Virus record (IMG/VR): IMGVR_UViG_3300032242_000723
Span: 1 to 64,000 of that record
DNA length: 64,000 nt
Reading direction: 5' to 3' (one strand)
The stretch's first letter is position 1, and each line of letters opens with the position of its first letter. Both the position numbers and the translations under genes were made by a program. The notes beneath the pieces were generated by a model that had not been told where the DNA came from, searched no databases, and saw only the letters and a program-made list of their open reading frames with translations. Positions 46,077-56,078 of this stretch are shown here, piece after piece.

Positions 46077-48790
46077 TGTATATTGACGCGATATTAGATA
46101 GCAATGCTGATCGCATTCATGTAGTTGAGCGTACTCCTGAGGGCAAAAGAGCATATAAAGAATATCCTACAAACTATGTTCTTTATTATGCCGATCCCAA
46201 AGGCAAACATCGCTCTATCTATAACGATCCAATCACTCGTTTCTCATCACGCAAACGCGGTGAGTTCGAGAAAGAGCGTAGGATTCACTCTAACAAGAAA
46301 CTGTTCGAGAGTGATGTCCCTGTAATCTTTAGATGTTTGTCTGAGAACTATCTCAACATTGATCCCCCAAAGCTTCATACATGCTTCTTCGATATTGAAG
46401 TGGACTTTGATCCTGAAAAGGGTTTCAGTCCAACTTCAGATCCATTCAATCCGGTAACAGCGATCAGCTTATATTTGGATTGGCAGGATCAACTTATCAC
46501 TTTGGTTACGCCACCAAAGCACATGTCGGACGAGACTGCACAAGAACTCACTAAGGATTTTCCTAACTGTTTCTTGTTCCGCAGTGAGATTGAGATGTTT
46601 GAGACATTCTTTGATCTTATTGATGACGCGGATGTGTTGACTGGTTGGAACTCTGAAGGATACGATATTCCCTATATGGTAAATCGTGTTACTCGCGTGA
46701 TGTCTAAGAATGACACTCGCAGGTTCTGTCTGTTGGGTCAACTTCCTAAACCACGCACATATGTACGCTTCGGCAACGAAGAGCAAACTTATGATCTTGT
46801 TGGTCGTATACATATGGACTATCTTCAGATGTATAAGAAGTACAACTATGAGTCTCGCCACAGCTATTCACTTGACGCTATTGGCGAATATGAACTAGGT
46901 GAACGCAAGACTCAGTATGAAGGTACGCTTGATCAACTATACAATAGAGACTTTAAGACTTTCGTAGAGTACAATAGACAAGATACTATGCTTGTGGCTA
47001 AGATCCACAACAAGTTGAAGTTTCTTGAACTCGCAAATGCCCTGGCGCATGAAAATACTGTACTGCTACCAACTGTTATGGGTTCGGTGGCTATGATTGA
47101 AATGGCGATTTATAATGAAGCACATGAACGGGGTTTCGTTGTCCCTGATAAAAAGCGTAGGGATTCGTCTAGTGGAGAGCAACAACAAGCAGCAGGTGCA
47201 TATGTTGCTGTACCGAAGAAGGGGATACACGAATACGTCGGAGCAGTTGACATCAACTCTCTATACCCCTCAGCGATCAGAGCACTTAACATGGCTCCAG
47301 AAACTATTATCGGTCAGGTCCGTCAAACACTTACTGACCAGTATATGCAGGAAAAAGGTGCTCGTCTGGGTGTTGAAAAGAAACGCAAAAAAGGCAGCGT
47401 TAATGAAGACGAAGCAGTAACTGGTTCTATTCTCTGGGAAAATCTCTTTGGTTCACTAGAATATACAGCTATTATGAACCAAGAGCGTGGTACAATGCTC
47501 ACACTTGACTATGAAAATGGTCATTCAAAAGAGATGTCTGCTGCTGAAATCTGGAAGATGATCTTTGACAGTCATAATCCATATATGATATCAGCGAACG
47601 GTACCATCTTTACATATGAGCGAGAGGGTATCATTCCTGGTCTATTATCACGCTGGTACTCAGAGCGTAAAGTACTTCAAAAGCAAGCTAAAGAAGCATA
47701 TGGTACTGATATGTTTGAGTATTATGATAAGCGTCAGCTTGTTCGTAAGATTCTACTCAACTCAGCATATGGCGCACTATTGAATGAGCATTGTCGTTTC
47801 TATGATAAGCGTATCGGACAATCAACTACATTGTCTGGTCGTCAGATCGTAAAGCATATGATGAGCCAGATCAATGAGACTATCGAAGGCAAGTATCAAC
47901 ATGACGGTGACTCAATCGTTTATGGTGACACTGACTCATGCTACTTTACAGCATATCCCGCTCTTAAGTCACAGATTGATGTTGGCGAACTTGAGTGGAA
48001 TAAGGAAAACTGCATAGAACTTTATGATAGTATCGCTGATATCGCAAACGAAAGCTTCCCTGCTTTCATGGAAAAGGCATTTCACTGTCCCCGTAAGAAT
48101 GGCGAGATCATCAAAGCTGGTCGAGAGTTGATCGGTGATCGTGCTCTATTCATTACTAAAAAGCGTTATGCGATCAATATCTTTGATAAAGAAAATAAGC
48201 GTAAGGACACTAACGGTAAGTTGGGTGAGATCAAAGCAATGGGTCTTGACTTGAAACGTGCTGATACTCCTAAGTATGTACAAGAGTTTCTAATGGAAGT
48301 ATTGTGCATGGTCATTCAAGATGGTAAGCCTCGTGATGAAGTCGTTACTAAGATCAGAGAGTTTAAAGACTGGTTATCAGAACAAGATAGCTGGACTAAA
48401 GGTTCTCCTAAATCAGTCAATAATCTAACTAAGCATACGATCAAGTATGAGAAAACTGGTAAGTGTAGTGTTGGTCATGCACTAGCGGCTATTAACTACA
48501 ACTACTTGCGTAGAATGAATGGCGATCAGTATAGTCAAAAGATCGTAGATGGCATGAAAGTCGTTGTATGTACTGTTAGAAACAATCCACTTGGAATTAC
48601 TTCTATAGCGTATCCAACTGATGAACGAAGACTGCCACAATGGTTCCTTGATCTACCGTTTGATGACAAAGAAATGGAACGTAAGCTTGTTGATGAAAAG
48701 ATTGAAAATCTTATCGGTGTTCTTAACTGGAATACTAGAACTGATACCAACACTAATAGTACAGTTGGTTCATTATTCAGTTTCGGTTAA
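46076..48790 (+). CDS. polB: Family B DNA polymerase
   Basis: Exonuclease motifs FFDIEVD, GWNSEGYDIPY, YNRQDT; polymerase motifs VDINSLYPS, KILLNSAYG, YGDTDS, KKRYA. Confidence 0.97.
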   Translation: MYIDAILDSNADRIHVVERTPEGKRAYKEYPTNYVLYYADPKGKHRSIYNDPITRFSSRKRGEFEKERRIHSNKKLFESDVPVIFRCLSENYLNIDPPKLHTCFFDIEVDFDPEKGFSPTSDPFNPVTAISLYLDWQDQLITLVTPPKHMSDETAQELTKDFPNCFLFRSEIEMFETFFDLIDDADVLTGWNSEGYDIPYMVNRVTRVMSKNDTRRFCLLGQLPKPRTYVRFGNEEQTYDLVGRIHMDYLQMYKKYNYESRHSYSLDAIGEYELGERKTQYEGTLDQLYNRDFKTFVEYNRQDTMLVAKIHNKLKFLELANALAHENTVLLPTVMGSVAMIEMAIYNEAHERGFVVPDKKRRDSSSGEQQQAAGAYVAVPKKGIHEYVGAVDINSLYPSAIRALNMAPETIIGQVRQTLTDQYMQEKGARLGVEKKRKKGSVNEDEAVTGSILWENLFGSLEYTAIMNQERGTMLTLDYENGHSKEMSAAEIWKMIFDSHNPYMISANGTIFTYEREGIIPGLLSRWYSERKVLQKQAKEAYGTDMFEYYDKRQLVRKILLNSAYGALLNEHCRFYDKRIGQSTTLSGRQIVKHMMSQINETIEGKYQHDGDSIVYGDTDSCYFTAYPALKSQIDVGELEWNKENCIELYDSIADIANESFPAFMEKAFHCPRKNGEIIKAGRELIGDRALFITKKRYAINIFDKENKRKDTNGKLGEIKAMGLDLKRADTPKYVQEFLMEVLCMVIQDGKPRDEVVTKIREFKDWLSEQDSWTKGSPKSVNNLTKHTIKYEKTGKCSVGHALAAINYNYLRRMNGDQYSQKIVDGMKVVVCTVRNNPLGITSIAYPTDERRLPQWFLDLPFDDKEMERKLVDEKIENLIGVLNWNTRTDTNTNSTVGSLFSFG

Positions 48791-48798
48791 CAACAACA

Positions 48799-48827
48799 TT
48801 GACAATCTCAATAACTTCCTATATTAT
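48799..48827 (+). promoter_or_regulatory. Sigma70-type promoter
   Basis: TTGACA-17nt-TATTAT. Confidence 0.7.
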
Positions 48828-48865
48828 ACACACTATAGCAACCTAAATACTACAAAGGAAAAGAA

Positions 48866-49597
48866 ATGAAAGATTATCTACAAGACTTGATTCAACACAC
48901 ATATGGTCTTGGTGTTGTTGAACTCGTAAAGATTGACGGAACTGAAACTGAAACTACTGTTTCTGCACTATCCGAAGACAAGACCGTTATCGTAACTGGT
49001 ACGTTCAAGACTCCGATTGCTGACTTTATCGGTACATTCGGTATGCCTAACTTGTCAAAGCTCAAGACGATTTTGTCGTTTGATGACTATGACGATACGT
49101 CAACGATCAATGTTGGTCGTGGTACTAAGGAAGACCCAGATGCTCCTGCTCGTATTCACTTTGAGACGAAGGCAGGTGACTTTGTTAACGACTATCGTTT
49201 AATGGCTAAGTCCATCGTAGAAGACAAGATCAAGAAGGTCACATTCAATGGTGCTTCTTGGGATGTTAAGTTTGAGCCTACTGTTGCAGGCGTTATGCGT
49301 CTTAAGAAGCAGGCGTCTGTTCATAGCGAAGACATGAACTTTAAGACTAAGACTGACAATGGCAATCTAGTTGTCTATTTTGGTGACGTGTCTTCACACT
49401 CTGGTAACTTCGTATTGCAAGCAGGTGTGACTGGCAATCTTACTCGTTCTTGGAACTGGCCTGTAAAGGTGTTTCTTGCGATCATGGATCTTCCAGGTGA
49501 CAAGACGGTTAGCATCTCTGATCAGGGCGTTGCATTGATCGTTGTTGAAAACACGATCTCAACTTATCACTATTATCTGCCGGCACAGTCAAAATAA
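48866..49597 (+). CDS. Probable sliding clamp (gp45/PCNA-like)
   Basis: 243 aa, directly after the polymerase; FG...LSKL..IL and alternating beta pattern; a clamp loader is present in the window. Confidence 0.6.
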   Translation: MKDYLQDLIQHTYGLGVVELVKIDGTETETTVSALSEDKTVIVTGTFKTPIADFIGTFGMPNLSKLKTILSFDDYDDTSTINVGRGTKEDPDAPARIHFETKAGDFVNDYRLMAKSIVEDKIKKVTFNGASWDVKFEPTVAGVMRLKKQASVHSEDMNFKTKTDNGNLVVYFGDVSSHSGNFVLQAGVTGNLTRSWNWPVKVFLAIMDLPGDKTVSISDQGVALIVVENTISTYHYYLPAQSK

Positions 49598-49971
49598 TGA
49601 TCGGGTCTGTCAATGCTACGGGAAAGTATGTTAATACCACTAGCACCCCTGGCTATACCCATATTACTATTAATGCGAACCTTCGGGGTGCAGGCGATGT
49701 TCGATACCATTACTCAGGCTACTTAGAGGTATATGATGGTTACTCTTGGCATAGGGCTAGCGGTTCAACCATTGGGGTTGGATTAAACCCAGAAGCTGAA
49801 TCATTGCTTGATTGGGCTAAGAAAAAGCGTGATGAAGAACTAGCCCTTGAGCGTTTGGCAGAGTCTAGTGTTACTATTGCTGGATTGCTTCATGAAAAGA
49901 AAGACCTAGAAGACAAGATTAAGATGGTACAAATCTTACTAAAGGAAGAAGTACAACTTGGAACAAGTTAA
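49597..49971 (+). CDS. Hypothetical protein
   Basis: 124 aa, coupled to both neighbours. Confidence 0.6.
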   Translation: MIGSVNATGKYVNTTSTPGYTHITINANLRGAGDVRYHYSGYLEVYDGYSWHRASGSTIGVGLNPEAESLLDWAKKKRDEELALERLAESSVTIAGLLHEKKDLEDKIKMVQILLKEEVQLGTS

Positions 49972-51502
49972 TCTATCAACATCACATGATCCCAACTGGG
50001 CATTGTTTCTACCAGCAGTCTCGTCATTCTTTATTGCGGGACTAGGTAAGCAGCGTGAAGGTGAAAACTACTTTGACGCAGCGAGGATTCCTGCTCAGTT
50101 CAATGGTGATGTTGAGAAGTTAAACTTTCTTAACGAGAAAGAAGGCCTCTACACATATAAGTGGGGCTTGTATTCTGCTGGTCACGCGAACTTAGACATT
50201 ACGAAAGAAGACCACAATGAGTCTATCATTCGTAAGCGTGATCGCCAGAATACATTCTTGTTAGGTGACTCAGGTGGATTCCAGATATTGAAGTGTCAAT
50301 GGCCTGCTGACTGGAAGGACCCTAACTGTCCTCGTGCTATGAAAAAGCGTATTGAAGTTCTTAAGTGGATGGACGAATACATGGACTATGGCATGTGTCT
50401 GGATATCCCATCTCAGTCACTGACAACTTATCATATCAAGGATAAGAAGACTGGTACCTCAGCACATGGTATCAGCACGATTGAAGAAGCGATTACTGCC
50501 ACCCACATCAACAATGAGTATTTCATCAACAATCGTGATGGTCGTTGTAAGTTTCTAAATGTATTGCAGGGTCGTAATCATACACAGTCGGATGTCTGGT
50601 ATGAAGAGATGAAGAAGTATTGCGATACCAATGTCTATGGTGATCGTGCTTTCAATGGTTGGGCATTTGGTGGTCAAAACAAGATTGACATTCACTTGAT
50701 GCTTAAGCGTCTTGTTGGTATCATTCACGATGGTTATCTTGAAGAAGGCAAGCAGGATCTTATTCACTGTCTTGGTACTTCTATCATGGAGTATGCTGTA
50801 CTGTTTTCGGATATTCAAAAAGCCATTCGCAAGCATCACAATCCAAAGTTACAGATTACTTTTGACTGTGCTAGTCCATTCTTTGCTGCTGCTAAAGGTC
50901 TTGCTTACAACAACAACTCGTTTGAGCATAACAAGAAGTGGAGTTATTCTATGGAAAAAACTGCCGAGGATAAGAAGTACGCAACTGACAATCGTAAGTT
51001 CAGTGATGCGGTATTAACTGATAATATTCATAAGTTGTTCACTGATAGTCCAGTAACTGATCTATTGACTGTAAAAGACTTGTGCTATCGTGGCCAAGGT
51101 TTCTTAGGTCAACATGGTAAAGAAACAAAAACAAGCTGGGATACATTAAGCTATACCTTGCTCCAGGCTCACAATGTCTATCAACATATGACTGCCGTTC
51201 AAGAAGCAAATCGTAGATACGAACAGGGTACTAAGCCTAAAATGGTTATCGACCAGTTTGATACTAATGATTTTGGTGAGATCGTTGACGAGATTTTCTC
51301 GTTGAAAGATCGTCAAAAGAGTCTTGACATGATTGATAAGTATGACAAGTTTTGGCAGCAGATGAAAGCTGGTCAAGGGTTCTCAGGTAAGAAGACAGTT
51401 AACGCATCTACGATGTTCAATCAGTTGTTCACGGTTGAGGAATACGAAGTCGAGGAAGAGATTGAAGATAGTGACGATGCGATTTCGGAAGTATTAGATT
51501 GA
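49958..51502 (+). CDS. dpdA: TGT/DpdA-family guanine transglycosylase-like protein
   Basis: LLGDSGGFQI, MCLDIP, LNVLQG, GWAFGG, HCLGT, TFDCAS TGT-barrel motifs; next to deazaguanine synthesis genes; TTG start. Confidence 0.72.
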   Translation: MEQVNLSTSHDPNWALFLPAVSSFFIAGLGKQREGENYFDAARIPAQFNGDVEKLNFLNEKEGLYTYKWGLYSAGHANLDITKEDHNESIIRKRDRQNTFLLGDSGGFQILKCQWPADWKDPNCPRAMKKRIEVLKWMDEYMDYGMCLDIPSQSLTTYHIKDKKTGTSAHGISTIEEAITATHINNEYFINNRDGRCKFLNVLQGRNHTQSDVWYEEMKKYCDTNVYGDRAFNGWAFGGQNKIDIHLMLKRLVGIIHDGYLEEGKQDLIHCLGTSIMEYAVLFSDIQKAIRKHHNPKLQITFDCASPFFAAAKGLAYNNNSFEHNKKWSYSMEKTAEDKKYATDNRKFSDAVLTDNIHKLFTDSPVTDLLTVKDLCYRGQGFLGQHGKETKTSWDTLSYTLLQAHNVYQHMTAVQEANRRYEQGTKPKMVIDQFDTNDFGEIVDEIFSLKDRQKSLDMIDKYDKFWQQMKAGQGFSGKKTVNASTMFNQLFTVEEYEVEEEIEDSDDAISEVLD

Positions 51503-51511
51503 CCGAAACAC

Positions 51512-51540
51512 TTGCAACACATATAGCACAGTGCTATATT
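51512..51540 (+). promoter_or_regulatory. Sigma70-type promoter
   Basis: TTGCAA-17nt-TATATT. Confidence 0.6.
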
Positions 51541-51565
51541 GTAAAAACGATAACAAGAGATTATA

Positions 51566-52027
51566 ATGACACAAAGTCCTGAACAAGCACAAGCCCTTGC
51601 CGAAAAGCGAGAGCGTATTAAGAGTAATGCAAGACGTATGATATTTGTGAAATTCCAGCGTGAGGGCATTCACAAGTATCCTGGTGCAGACACTGACCCT
51701 GCACTAGCAACGGGAGACTGGGATGACGTAAGTTTTCTAGGTTTCCCGCACAGACATATTTTCCACTTCACTGTGGGAATACAAGTATTTCACAATGATC
51801 GGGACATTGAGTTCATCCAGTTCAAGCGTTGGCTCGAAAAGAGTTTCAACGAAGGAACATTGCAACTTGATCATCGCTCATGTGAAATGGTTAGCGATGA
51901 GATGTATGAAATGATCTCTACTCGCTATCCTGGACGAGACATCAATATCACTGTCGCTGAAGATGGTGAGAATGGTGCAACTATTGAATACAATACATTA
52001 ATCCCCCTTCAACAAATGAAACTCTAA
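51566..52027 (+). CDS. Second T-fold QueD paralogue (DpdL-like)
   Basis: FLGFPHRHIFHF fits the LxxxHRHxF signature; SCEM...; a canonical QueD is encoded separately. Confidence 0.62.
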   Translation: MTQSPEQAQALAEKRERIKSNARRMIFVKFQREGIHKYPGADTDPALATGDWDDVSFLGFPHRHIFHFTVGIQVFHNDRDIEFIQFKRWLEKSFNEGTLQLDHRSCEMVSDEMYEMISTRYPGRDINITVAEDGENGATIEYNTLIPLQQMKL

Positions 52028-52037
52028 GGAATACAAA

Positions 52038-52280
52038 ATGGCTAAGGCCCAAGTTAAGTCTAATCTTTCCCGCACTCGTCAGGTGTTTGACGATCTTGAC
52101 TCTTATCGCGACTTCTGTCGGGATCATGGTTATAGGTTCGATGAGCGTGACCTGTATAGTTCTAAGAGCTATGTCTATCGGCAATTTCAAAAGTTTGTCG
52201 CAGGCAAGCCCGTTAAAAATCAATGGGAAATTGATTTAGCAAGATTTAAGGAACAAGGCACTAATATTCGCCGTATCTAA
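52038..52280 (+). CDS. Hypothetical protein
   Basis: 80 aa, SD AAGGA. Confidence 0.65.
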   Translation: MAKAQVKSNLSRTRQVFDDLDSYRDFCRDHGYRFDERDLYSSKSYVYRQFQKFVAGKPVKNQWEIDLARFKEQGTNIRRI

Positions 52281-52339
52281 TAAAGTGTTCACGGGGGATG
52301 CAAATCTCCCGTGAACCATCTATAATGAAAGAAAAACAT

Positions 52340-53527
52340 ATGCGTAAACTATTCTACCTGGGCTTGGAGTCTTATAAGGCTCGTTATACATTACAGTTAC
52401 AAGACTGGAACAGTCGCGTGTTCAAGGATCGTAAACTTAAGGTAACTTATGTTCCAGGTCAAACACTTGATAACAGTCAAAAGATCGTAGTGGGTCAAGT
52501 TCTCGATGCACATGGTCGTAGTTATTTCGCGATGAGTCAAATGATGAACCTAGTTGCTATGATGCAAAAGGGTGAAGTCACTAATAAAGACGTAGTTTAT
52601 TTTGAAGACATGTTTCAGCCCGGCTTTGAAAGTCTCGGCTACATTCTCAATCAAGTCGAAGCAGAACAACGTCCTCGTATCTTTGTTCGTTGTCTAGCAC
52701 AAACGATTGATCCAGATGACTTTGTTCATGTATGGGGAATGAGTAAGTGGATGGGCAACTACGAACATATGGTCAATGATATCGTCAAGTTCTCGAATGG
52801 TGCGGTACTTGCAACCAGCGAAGAGATGGTCATGAACATGAAGATCGCAGGATGGACTGCTGACATCTACAATATCTCAGGGCTTGCGTTTGGTAAGTAT
52901 GAAGTCATTGGTCGAGTTGGTAGTTTAAAGCCGTTTACTGATCGTCGTATGCGAGTGGTATTCTCCGCTCGTTGGGATCAGGAGAAACAGCCAGACTTCT
53001 ATATGGACTTGATTGAGCGATGGAACGAACGCTTCCCGAGCAAGGATGTTGAGTTCGTAGTCTGTAGTGGTGGTAAGCTTAACAGCAACAATCAAAGCTA
53101 CATGGCTCGTACCAAGAAGATGGTTGAAAACGGCAAGCTAACAGTTTACGAAGACTTAGAGAAGGATCGTTATTACGAAATCCTCAATGATAGTCGTGTC
53201 GTATTCAACTGTGCTCTTCAAGATTGGGTGTCAAACACAGTAAGCGAAGCAGACGCATTGGGATGCAATGTGCTTTATCCAGCATATCGTTCATTTCCCG
53301 AAACGTTTGCAAACGATCATGAGCGTCTATATACTCCATGGTCACTTGATGATGCTATCAATAAGTTGGATCCTCTACTTAGGAAGGCTCATATTAACAT
53401 GGGCAAGATCAGTGATTGGAACGACGGTACTATTGGGCGTATCATCGACATCATGGAAGGCAACGGAGAACAGTGGTCGCGTATGACTACTGATTATCGT
53501 AAACATTCTCGCAAAGAGAAATACTAA
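52340..53527 (+). CDS. GT-B glycosyltransferase
   Basis: VVFSARWDQEKQPDF...YYEILNDSRVVFNCALQDWVSNTVSEADALGCNVLYP; start reassigned to ATG 52340. Confidence 0.78.
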   Translation: MRKLFYLGLESYKARYTLQLQDWNSRVFKDRKLKVTYVPGQTLDNSQKIVVGQVLDAHGRSYFAMSQMMNLVAMMQKGEVTNKDVVYFEDMFQPGFESLGYILNQVEAEQRPRIFVRCLAQTIDPDDFVHVWGMSKWMGNYEHMVNDIVKFSNGAVLATSEEMVMNMKIAGWTADIYNISGLAFGKYEVIGRVGSLKPFTDRRMRVVFSARWDQEKQPDFYMDLIERWNERFPSKDVEFVVCSGGKLNSNNQSYMARTKKMVENGKLTVYEDLEKDRYYEILNDSRVVFNCALQDWVSNTVSEADALGCNVLYPAYRSFPETFANDHERLYTPWSLDDAINKLDPLLRKAHINMGKISDWNDGTIGRIIDIMEGNGEQWSRMTTDYRKHSRKEKY

Positions 53528-53562
53528 AACTAAGCGAACAATTATATTTAAGGAGTAAAATA

Positions 53563-53760
53563 ATGAACGCACATCAAGATATCGAAACACAAGTGGCCGC
53601 ATATCAGGCCGAGTCTGCTAAGTTTGAAGCAGGCAACGCTGCTGCTGGCACTCGTGCTCGCAAGGCATTAGCTGAACTTGCTAAGGCAGTCAAGGCACGT
53701 CGCAATGAAATCACTGAGACGAAGAATGCCCGTGCTGAAGCAAAATCTACAGCCGCATAA
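53563..53760 (+). CDS. Histone H1-like (Hc1-family) small protein
   Basis: KFEAGNAAAGTRARKALAELAK motif; SD AAGGAG. Confidence 0.65.
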   Translation: MNAHQDIETQVAAYQAESAKFEAGNAAAGTRARKALAELAKAVKARRNEITETKNARAEAKSTAA

Positions 53761-53838
53761 CTTATACTAAATAGAATGTAGGCTGCACAAAGGTGGTCTA
53801 CATTCTTCTACTACAACCATCACAAAGGAAGGTTAACT

Positions 53839-54519
53839 ATGAGCTTTAACAAACAAAAAACTGATCCCGATTTGGGTCGCAGAGTTCACGAACATCTTGT
53901 TCACGTTGGAGTTGAGACTCCTACTGTAGAAAACAATCTTAGTCGTACTGACAAGATCGAGATTATTGAACGGCATTTCAAGTCTATCATGGAAACAATG
54001 GGACTCGATCTAACTGATGACAGTTTGATTGATACGCCAAAGCGTGTTGCCAAAATGTATATCGGCGAAATCTTTTGGGGCCTCGACTATGAAGCATTCC
54101 CCAAGTGTACCGCAGTTAATAACAAGATGAAATATAATGAGATGGTCGTTGAGCGTAATGTAAACGTTCAATCTAACTGTGAGCATCACTTTGTCATCAT
54201 CGATGGCCTAGCAACAGTCGCATATGTTCCTAACGAAAAGGTACTTGGTCTATCAAAGATCAATCGTATCGTAGAATACTTCAGCAAGCGTCCACAAATC
54301 CAAGAACGTTTGACCGAACAGATTTTTCACACTCTACAATTTATCCTTGAAACAAATGATGTTGCCGTTATGATTGACGCACAACACTATTGCGTAAAAT
54401 CGCGTGGTGTGGAAGATACTGGTTCCTCAACGGTAACGGTTCGTCTTGGTGGCGGATTTAAGAACGATCCTGCTGCTCGTGCTGAGTTTCTTAGCATTGC
54501 ACGTATGGGCAAGTGCTAA
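53839..54519 (+). CDS. folE: GTP cyclohydrolase I
   Basis: DTPKRVAKMY, SNCEHHF, GLSKINRIV, RPQIQERLT, HYCVKSRGV. Confidence 0.96.
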   Translation: MSFNKQKTDPDLGRRVHEHLVHVGVETPTVENNLSRTDKIEIIERHFKSIMETMGLDLTDDSLIDTPKRVAKMYIGEIFWGLDYEAFPKCTAVNNKMKYNEMVVERNVNVQSNCEHHFVIIDGLATVAYVPNEKVLGLSKINRIVEYFSKRPQIQERLTEQIFHTLQFILETNDVAVMIDAQHYCVKSRGVEDTGSSTVTVRLGGGFKNDPAARAEFLSIARMGKC

Positions 54520-54543
54520 CAACTAATCGCCCGATTTTAATGC

Positions 54544-54572
54544 TTGACAATATAGCATGATTCGTCTATGAT
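54544..54572 (+). promoter_or_regulatory. Sigma70-type promoter
   Basis: TTGACA-17nt-TATGAT. Confidence 0.75.
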
Positions 54573-54634
54573 AGTGAAATCGGTCTATGCGTCATCCCGA
54601 TTAAGAAACTCTGCCGCATTACAAAGGATATAAG

Positions 54635-55126
54635 ATGACACAATATATGTATACAAGCACAAAAGAATACCACGATGCGTTTCCTTGTGCATATCGTCAA
54701 TGGCGGGCCGACAGTCACTGTAATAAGATTCATGGCTATTCATTTACTATCAAGGTTTACTTTGGTGCCAACACACTTGATGCACGTAATTGGTGTGCGG
54801 ATTATGGTGGGCTGAAGGACTTGAAGGCAATTCTTGAAGATCAATTTGATCACACACTTCTTGTTGCAGAAGATGATCCTGATATGGATATGTTCAAGAT
54901 GTTGCAAGAGCGTGGTATGGCAAAGCTTACTATCATCCCTGCAACTGGATGTGAAGCACTCGCTGACATGATTTATAAGTTCATCAACAGTGTCTATATT
55001 CCCGATCATTGGGGACAAGGTGAAGCAGAGCGTCTTTGGTGCTATCGTGTTGAAGTTCGCGAAACTCAGAGCAACATGGCTTTTCGTGAAGGTCATCGTG
55101 AATGGAATGAGAATCTGTTAGGATAA
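54635..55126 (+). CDS. queD: 6-carboxytetrahydropterin synthase
   Basis: SHCNKIHGYSF, DYGGLK..K..L...FDHTLL, TGCEALA, VEVRET. Confidence 0.85.
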   Translation: MTQYMYTSTKEYHDAFPCAYRQWRADSHCNKIHGYSFTIKVYFGANTLDARNWCADYGGLKDLKAILEDQFDHTLLVAEDDPDMDMFKMLQERGMAKLTIIPATGCEALADMIYKFINSVYIPDHWGQGEAERLWCYRVEVRETQSNMAFREGHREWNENLLG

Positions 55127-55668
55127 TGAAGCAGATTTATTATTCAAACGAACAGGTCAATGGGTTTGTTCATGAAATCATCAGACAGATGGTGCAAGAG
55201 AATTACAAGCCTGACTATATTGTAGGTATCACTAGGGGAGGTCTTGATTTGGCATTGAAACTAAGTCATTACTTAGATGTCCCCGTGCAAACCCTTAATG
55301 TAAGTTTGCGTGATAGTGAGCATTTTGAATCTAACTGTAGTATGGCAGAAGATGCGTTTGGTTATGTTGACGAAGAAGATCGCAAACAGGTTGGTAGTCG
55401 TTGGGATACGATGAAGCGTAAGAATATTCTTATCGTAGACGATATCAATGACACTGGCGCTACACTTGCATGGATCAAGCAAGATTGGCAAAGTTGTTGC
55501 CTGCCCAATGAACCAAGTTGGGAAACTGTTTGGGGAAACAATGTGAAGTTTGCAGTGTTGGTAGACAACATGGATAGCAAAGAAGAAGTTGACTACAAGG
55601 GTACCGAAATCAATAAGTTTGAGGAGCCTTCTTGGGTTATCTTTCCTTGGGAAAAATGGTGGAAGTAA
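55126..55668 (+). CDS. Type I phosphoribosyltransferase (xanthine/guanine PRT-like)
   Basis: IVGITRGG, ILIVDDINDTGATL (PRPP-binding motif), WVIFPWE. Confidence 0.9.
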   Translation: MKQIYYSNEQVNGFVHEIIRQMVQENYKPDYIVGITRGGLDLALKLSHYLDVPVQTLNVSLRDSEHFESNCSMAEDAFGYVDEEDRKQVGSRWDTMKRKNILIVDDINDTGATLAWIKQDWQSCCLPNEPSWETVWGNNVKFAVLVDNMDSKEEVDYKGTEINKFEEPSWVIFPWEKWWK

Positions 55669-56078
55669 TGGCCACACCAATGCGTGATGATCTAATGGTT
55701 CAGCAACAGATTACCTCTGAGTGGCAACACATGGTGGGCGTAATCATGCTGAACCAAACCCATAGGCAATCGGTAAAAAGAGTCCTACCAGAGTTTCTAT
55801 CATATTGGGACACATGCGAGAAGTTCATAAATAGTACTCCTGAAGAAGTTTACACAGTCATCAGACCATTGGGTTTAGTTGCCGTTCGGGAAAAGAGAAT
55901 CCGAATGATGTCCAACCAATACTTGACTTGGGACAAGAATGATGCTAAAGTGCTTTATGGTATAGGAAAGTACGGTAGTGATAGCTACGAGATTTTCTTT
56001 AAACAGAACTACACAGTGCAACCTACTGACAAAGAGTTGCTCCGTTACTTAGAGGAAGATGTCAATGCAATCACTTAA
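55668..56078 (+). CDS. MBD4-like HhH-GPD DNA glycosylase
   Basis: W...V.VIMLNQT, IRPLGL...R...I, LYGIGKYGSDSYEIF closely follow the MBD4 catalytic domain pattern. Confidence 0.8.
   Translation: MATPMRDDLMVQQQITSEWQHMVGVIMLNQTHRQSVKRVLPEFLSYWDTCEKFINSTPEEVYTVIRPLGLVAVREKRIRMMSNQYLTWDKNDAKVLYGIGKYGSDSYEIFFKQNYTVQPTDKELLRYLEEDVNAIT

Larger units (their letters stand above)
8593..53773 (+). promoter_or_regulatory. Set of T4-like late promoters, (G/C)(A/T)TAAATA
   Basis: Occur just upstream of gene starts at 8593, 13361, 16123, 16937, 21326, 26746, 27991, 29894, 31631, 32645, 34986, 39872, 44522, 44905 and 53768; resemble the T4 TATAAATA element. Confidence 0.7.
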
